16,613 nt of DNA, from the NCBI GenBank assembly GCA_050177605.1, contig JBFXGX010000032.1, positions 1 through 16,613 of the forward strand. The letters run 5' to 3'. The number at the start of each line of letters is the position of its first letter. Position 1 is the first letter of the stretch. Origin of the DNA: Candidatus Izemoplasmatales bacterium. GTDB taxonomy: Bacteria; Bacillota_I; Bacilli_A; Izemoplasmatales; Hujiaoplasmataceae. Both the position numbers and the translations under genes were made by a program. The notes beneath the pieces were generated by a model. It saw only the letters and a list, made by a program, of their open reading frames with translations. It did no database searches and had not been told where the DNA came from. Positions 15,113 to 16,613 of this stretch are shown here, in pieces.

Positions 15113-15742
15113 ATGGAGAAAATCAACATGGATGAATGGAAAAGAAAAGATCATTTTGAGTATTTTAAGGATTTTACAAATCCCCATTTTTCACTTACAG
15201 TCAATGTTGATATAACGAAATTGTATCAATTTGCAAAGAATAAACACTATTCTTTCTTTTCGATTATGCTTTTTTATGTGATGAAAGCAGCAAATAATGT
15301 TGAAGAGTTCAAACAACGAATTCGAGATCATCAAGTGGTAAGTCATGAGGTGGTTCACCCTTCATTTACTTATTTAGGGGATAATGAATTATTCCTTTTT
15401 GTGAATACTGACTATGATGAATGTCTTGAATCATTTGTAAAAAATGTCGAACAAAGTATCAAGAAAGCCTTAGAAAATCAACAGTTTGAAGATGATTTAT
15501 CCAGGGATGATTTAATTTACATTTCTTCATTACCATGGCTTTTTTTTACTTCACTTACGCATCCATTTGACGCTTCACATCAAGACTCATTTCCTCGTAT
15601 TACATGGGGGAAATATATTAAAAAAGATAATCAGGTAATTATTCCAGTGAATGTCAGTATTCATCATGGATTAGCTGATGGCGTGCATGTAGGCAAGTTT
15701 TTTAGCGTATTTGAACGATATATCAATGATATTCAATATTAA
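15113..15742 (+). CDS. Type A chloramphenicol acetyltransferase-like (CatA-like O-acetyltransferase)
   Basis: WKRKDHF, ISSLPW, ITWGK, HHGLADGVH (catalytic His and Asp retained); RBS GAGGA; 8 nt after the AKR stop. Confidence 0.88.
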   Translation: MEKINMDEWKRKDHFEYFKDFTNPHFSLTVNVDITKLYQFAKNKHYSFFSIMLFYVMKAANNVEEFKQRIRDHQVVSHEVVHPSFTYLGDNELFLFVNTDYDECLESFVKNVEQSIKKALENQQFEDDLSRDDLIYISSLPWLFFTSLTHPFDASHQDSFPRITWGKYIKKDNQVIIPVNVSIHHGLADGVHVGKFFSVFERYINDIQY

Positions 15743-15766
15743 GAACCGATTTCGGTTCTTTTTTTT
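15741..15766 (+). terminator. Intrinsic terminator of AKR-cat
   Basis: AAGAACCG-attt-CGGTTCTT followed by a T-run to 15766. Confidence 0.85.
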
Positions 15767-15794
15767 GACATTCAAAATAATTTAATGATATAAT
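15765..15794 (+). promoter_or_regulatory. Sigma-A promoter of copA
   Basis: TTGACA (15765-15770), 18-nt spacer, TG-a-TATAAT (15786-15794). Confidence 0.8.
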
Positions 15795-15798
15795 AAAG

Positions 15799-15818
15799 AT
15801 ACACCCGGGGAGGGGTAT
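15799..15818. promoter_or_regulatory. CsoR-like operator overlapping the copA transcription start and RBS
   Basis: ATAC-ACCCGGGGAGGG-GTAT: ATAC/GTAT inverted ends around C and G tracts, the architecture of CsoR/RcnR operators, directly before a Cu-ATPase gene. Confidence 0.6.
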
Positions 15819-15820
15819 AT

Positions 15821-16613
15821 ATGGAGCAGAAATTTAATGTAAAAGGAATGACATGTGCTGTTTGTCAAGCGACCATCGAAAAAGATGTTCAAAAGATGGA
15901 AGGCGTGAATAAGGTCTCTGTAAGTTTATTGACAAATACGATGCTTGTCGACTTCGACACTGTCATTAATAATCCTAATAAAATCATTAAACAAGTAAAG
16001 AAAAGCGGATACAGTGCCTCCGTTTTAACAAATACTGAGGATAGTAATCCAAATCAACTTATGCAAGAAGAAATGCATGAAATGGCACGACGTGTACTAA
16101 TTAGTTTTATTTTCTTTGTGCCACTCATTTATTTATCAATGGGACCGATGATTGGGTTACCAATTCCGAGTTTTTTGGTAGGAAACAGTCATTCCCTCAT
16201 TTACGCTTTAGTACAGTTAATACTTGTCTTGCCGATTGTATTCATTAATTACAAGTATTTTAAAGTAGGGATTTTACATCTGGTTAATCTAAAACCAAAT
16301 ATGGATACCCTGGTTGCATTAGGATCAATTGCATCGTTAACTTATAGTTTGATTCAAACAATCACGATAGCACATGGCCTCAGTATTGAAAATTGGATGA
16401 TGGTTGAGCATGCGTCAATGAATCTCTATTTTGAGGCAGCGGCATCAATATTAACATTAGTTACAGTAGGTAAATACCTTGAAGCTTTATCGAAAGGTCA
16501 AACCAAGTCAGAACTAGAAAAATTAATGAAATTACAACCAAAAGTAGCCTATAGAGTACAGGGCGACGAATTAATTGAGATTGCTGTTGAACAGATACAA
16601 ACTGGCGACCTCT
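15821..16613 (+). CDS. copA: Heavy-metal P1B-type ATPase, CopA-like (partial, runs off the window)
   Basis: HMA domain VKGMTCAVC, KPNMDTLVALG, YFEAAASILTLVTVGKYLE, start of the actuator domain (QTGDL); open to the window end. The CPC metal motif lies outside the window. Confidence 0.9.
   Translation, partial: MEQKFNVKGMTCAVCQATIEKDVQKMEGVNKVSVSLLTNTMLVDFDTVINNPNKIIKQVKKSGYSASVLTNTEDSNPNQLMQEEMHEMARRVLISFIFFVPLIYLSMGPMIGLPIPSFLVGNSHSLIYALVQLILVLPIVFINYKYFKVGILHLVNLKPNMDTLVALGSIASLTYSLIQTITIAHGLSIENWMMVEHASMNLYFEAAASILTLVTVGKYLEALSKGQTKSELEKLMKLQPKVAYRVQGDELIEIAVEQIQTGDL

Noticed and set aside
1..16613. CRISPR arrays, IS/transposase/integrase, tRNA/rRNA, defence systems, c-di-GMP riboswitch ahead of the EAL gene
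   Set aside because: No repeat-spacer periodicity, mobile-element ORFs or matching RNA motifs were seen; intergenic regions are short and explained by promoters and terminators.

Overview
AT-rich, gene-dense bacterial chromosomal segment using the standard genetic code (Trp=TGG, TGA used as stop), with sigma-A type promoters and strong Shine-Dalgarno sites. This fits a low-GC Bacillota or an Acholeplasma/Izemoplasma-like organism (inference only). In order it contains: the 3' end of an unknown gene; a frameshifted membrane-anchored degenerate-GGDEF/EAL phosphodiesterase; a HAD hydrolase with pcp; an uncharacterised secreted/membrane protein; a deoxynucleoside kinase; an extended SDR; an ALDH; a guanine riboswitch with an NCS2/AzgA purine permease; a GNAT; a membrane pyrophosphatase; a rubredoxin (missing from the ORF track); RidA; mscL; an Fe-ADH; an AKR with a CatA-like acetyltransferase; and the 5' part of a CopA-type P1B ATPase behind a CsoR-like operator. 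No mobile elements, CRISPR arrays, tRNA or rRNA were seen. The most unusual items are the membrane PPase with an intact catalytic site but a rewired ion gate (the near-invariant TM16 Lys is Thr), the variant purine riboswitch whose antiterminator appears to use the 5' strand of P1, the dNK with altered specificity residues, and the unknown membrane protein with an internally duplicated IE...AN..T hairpin domain.
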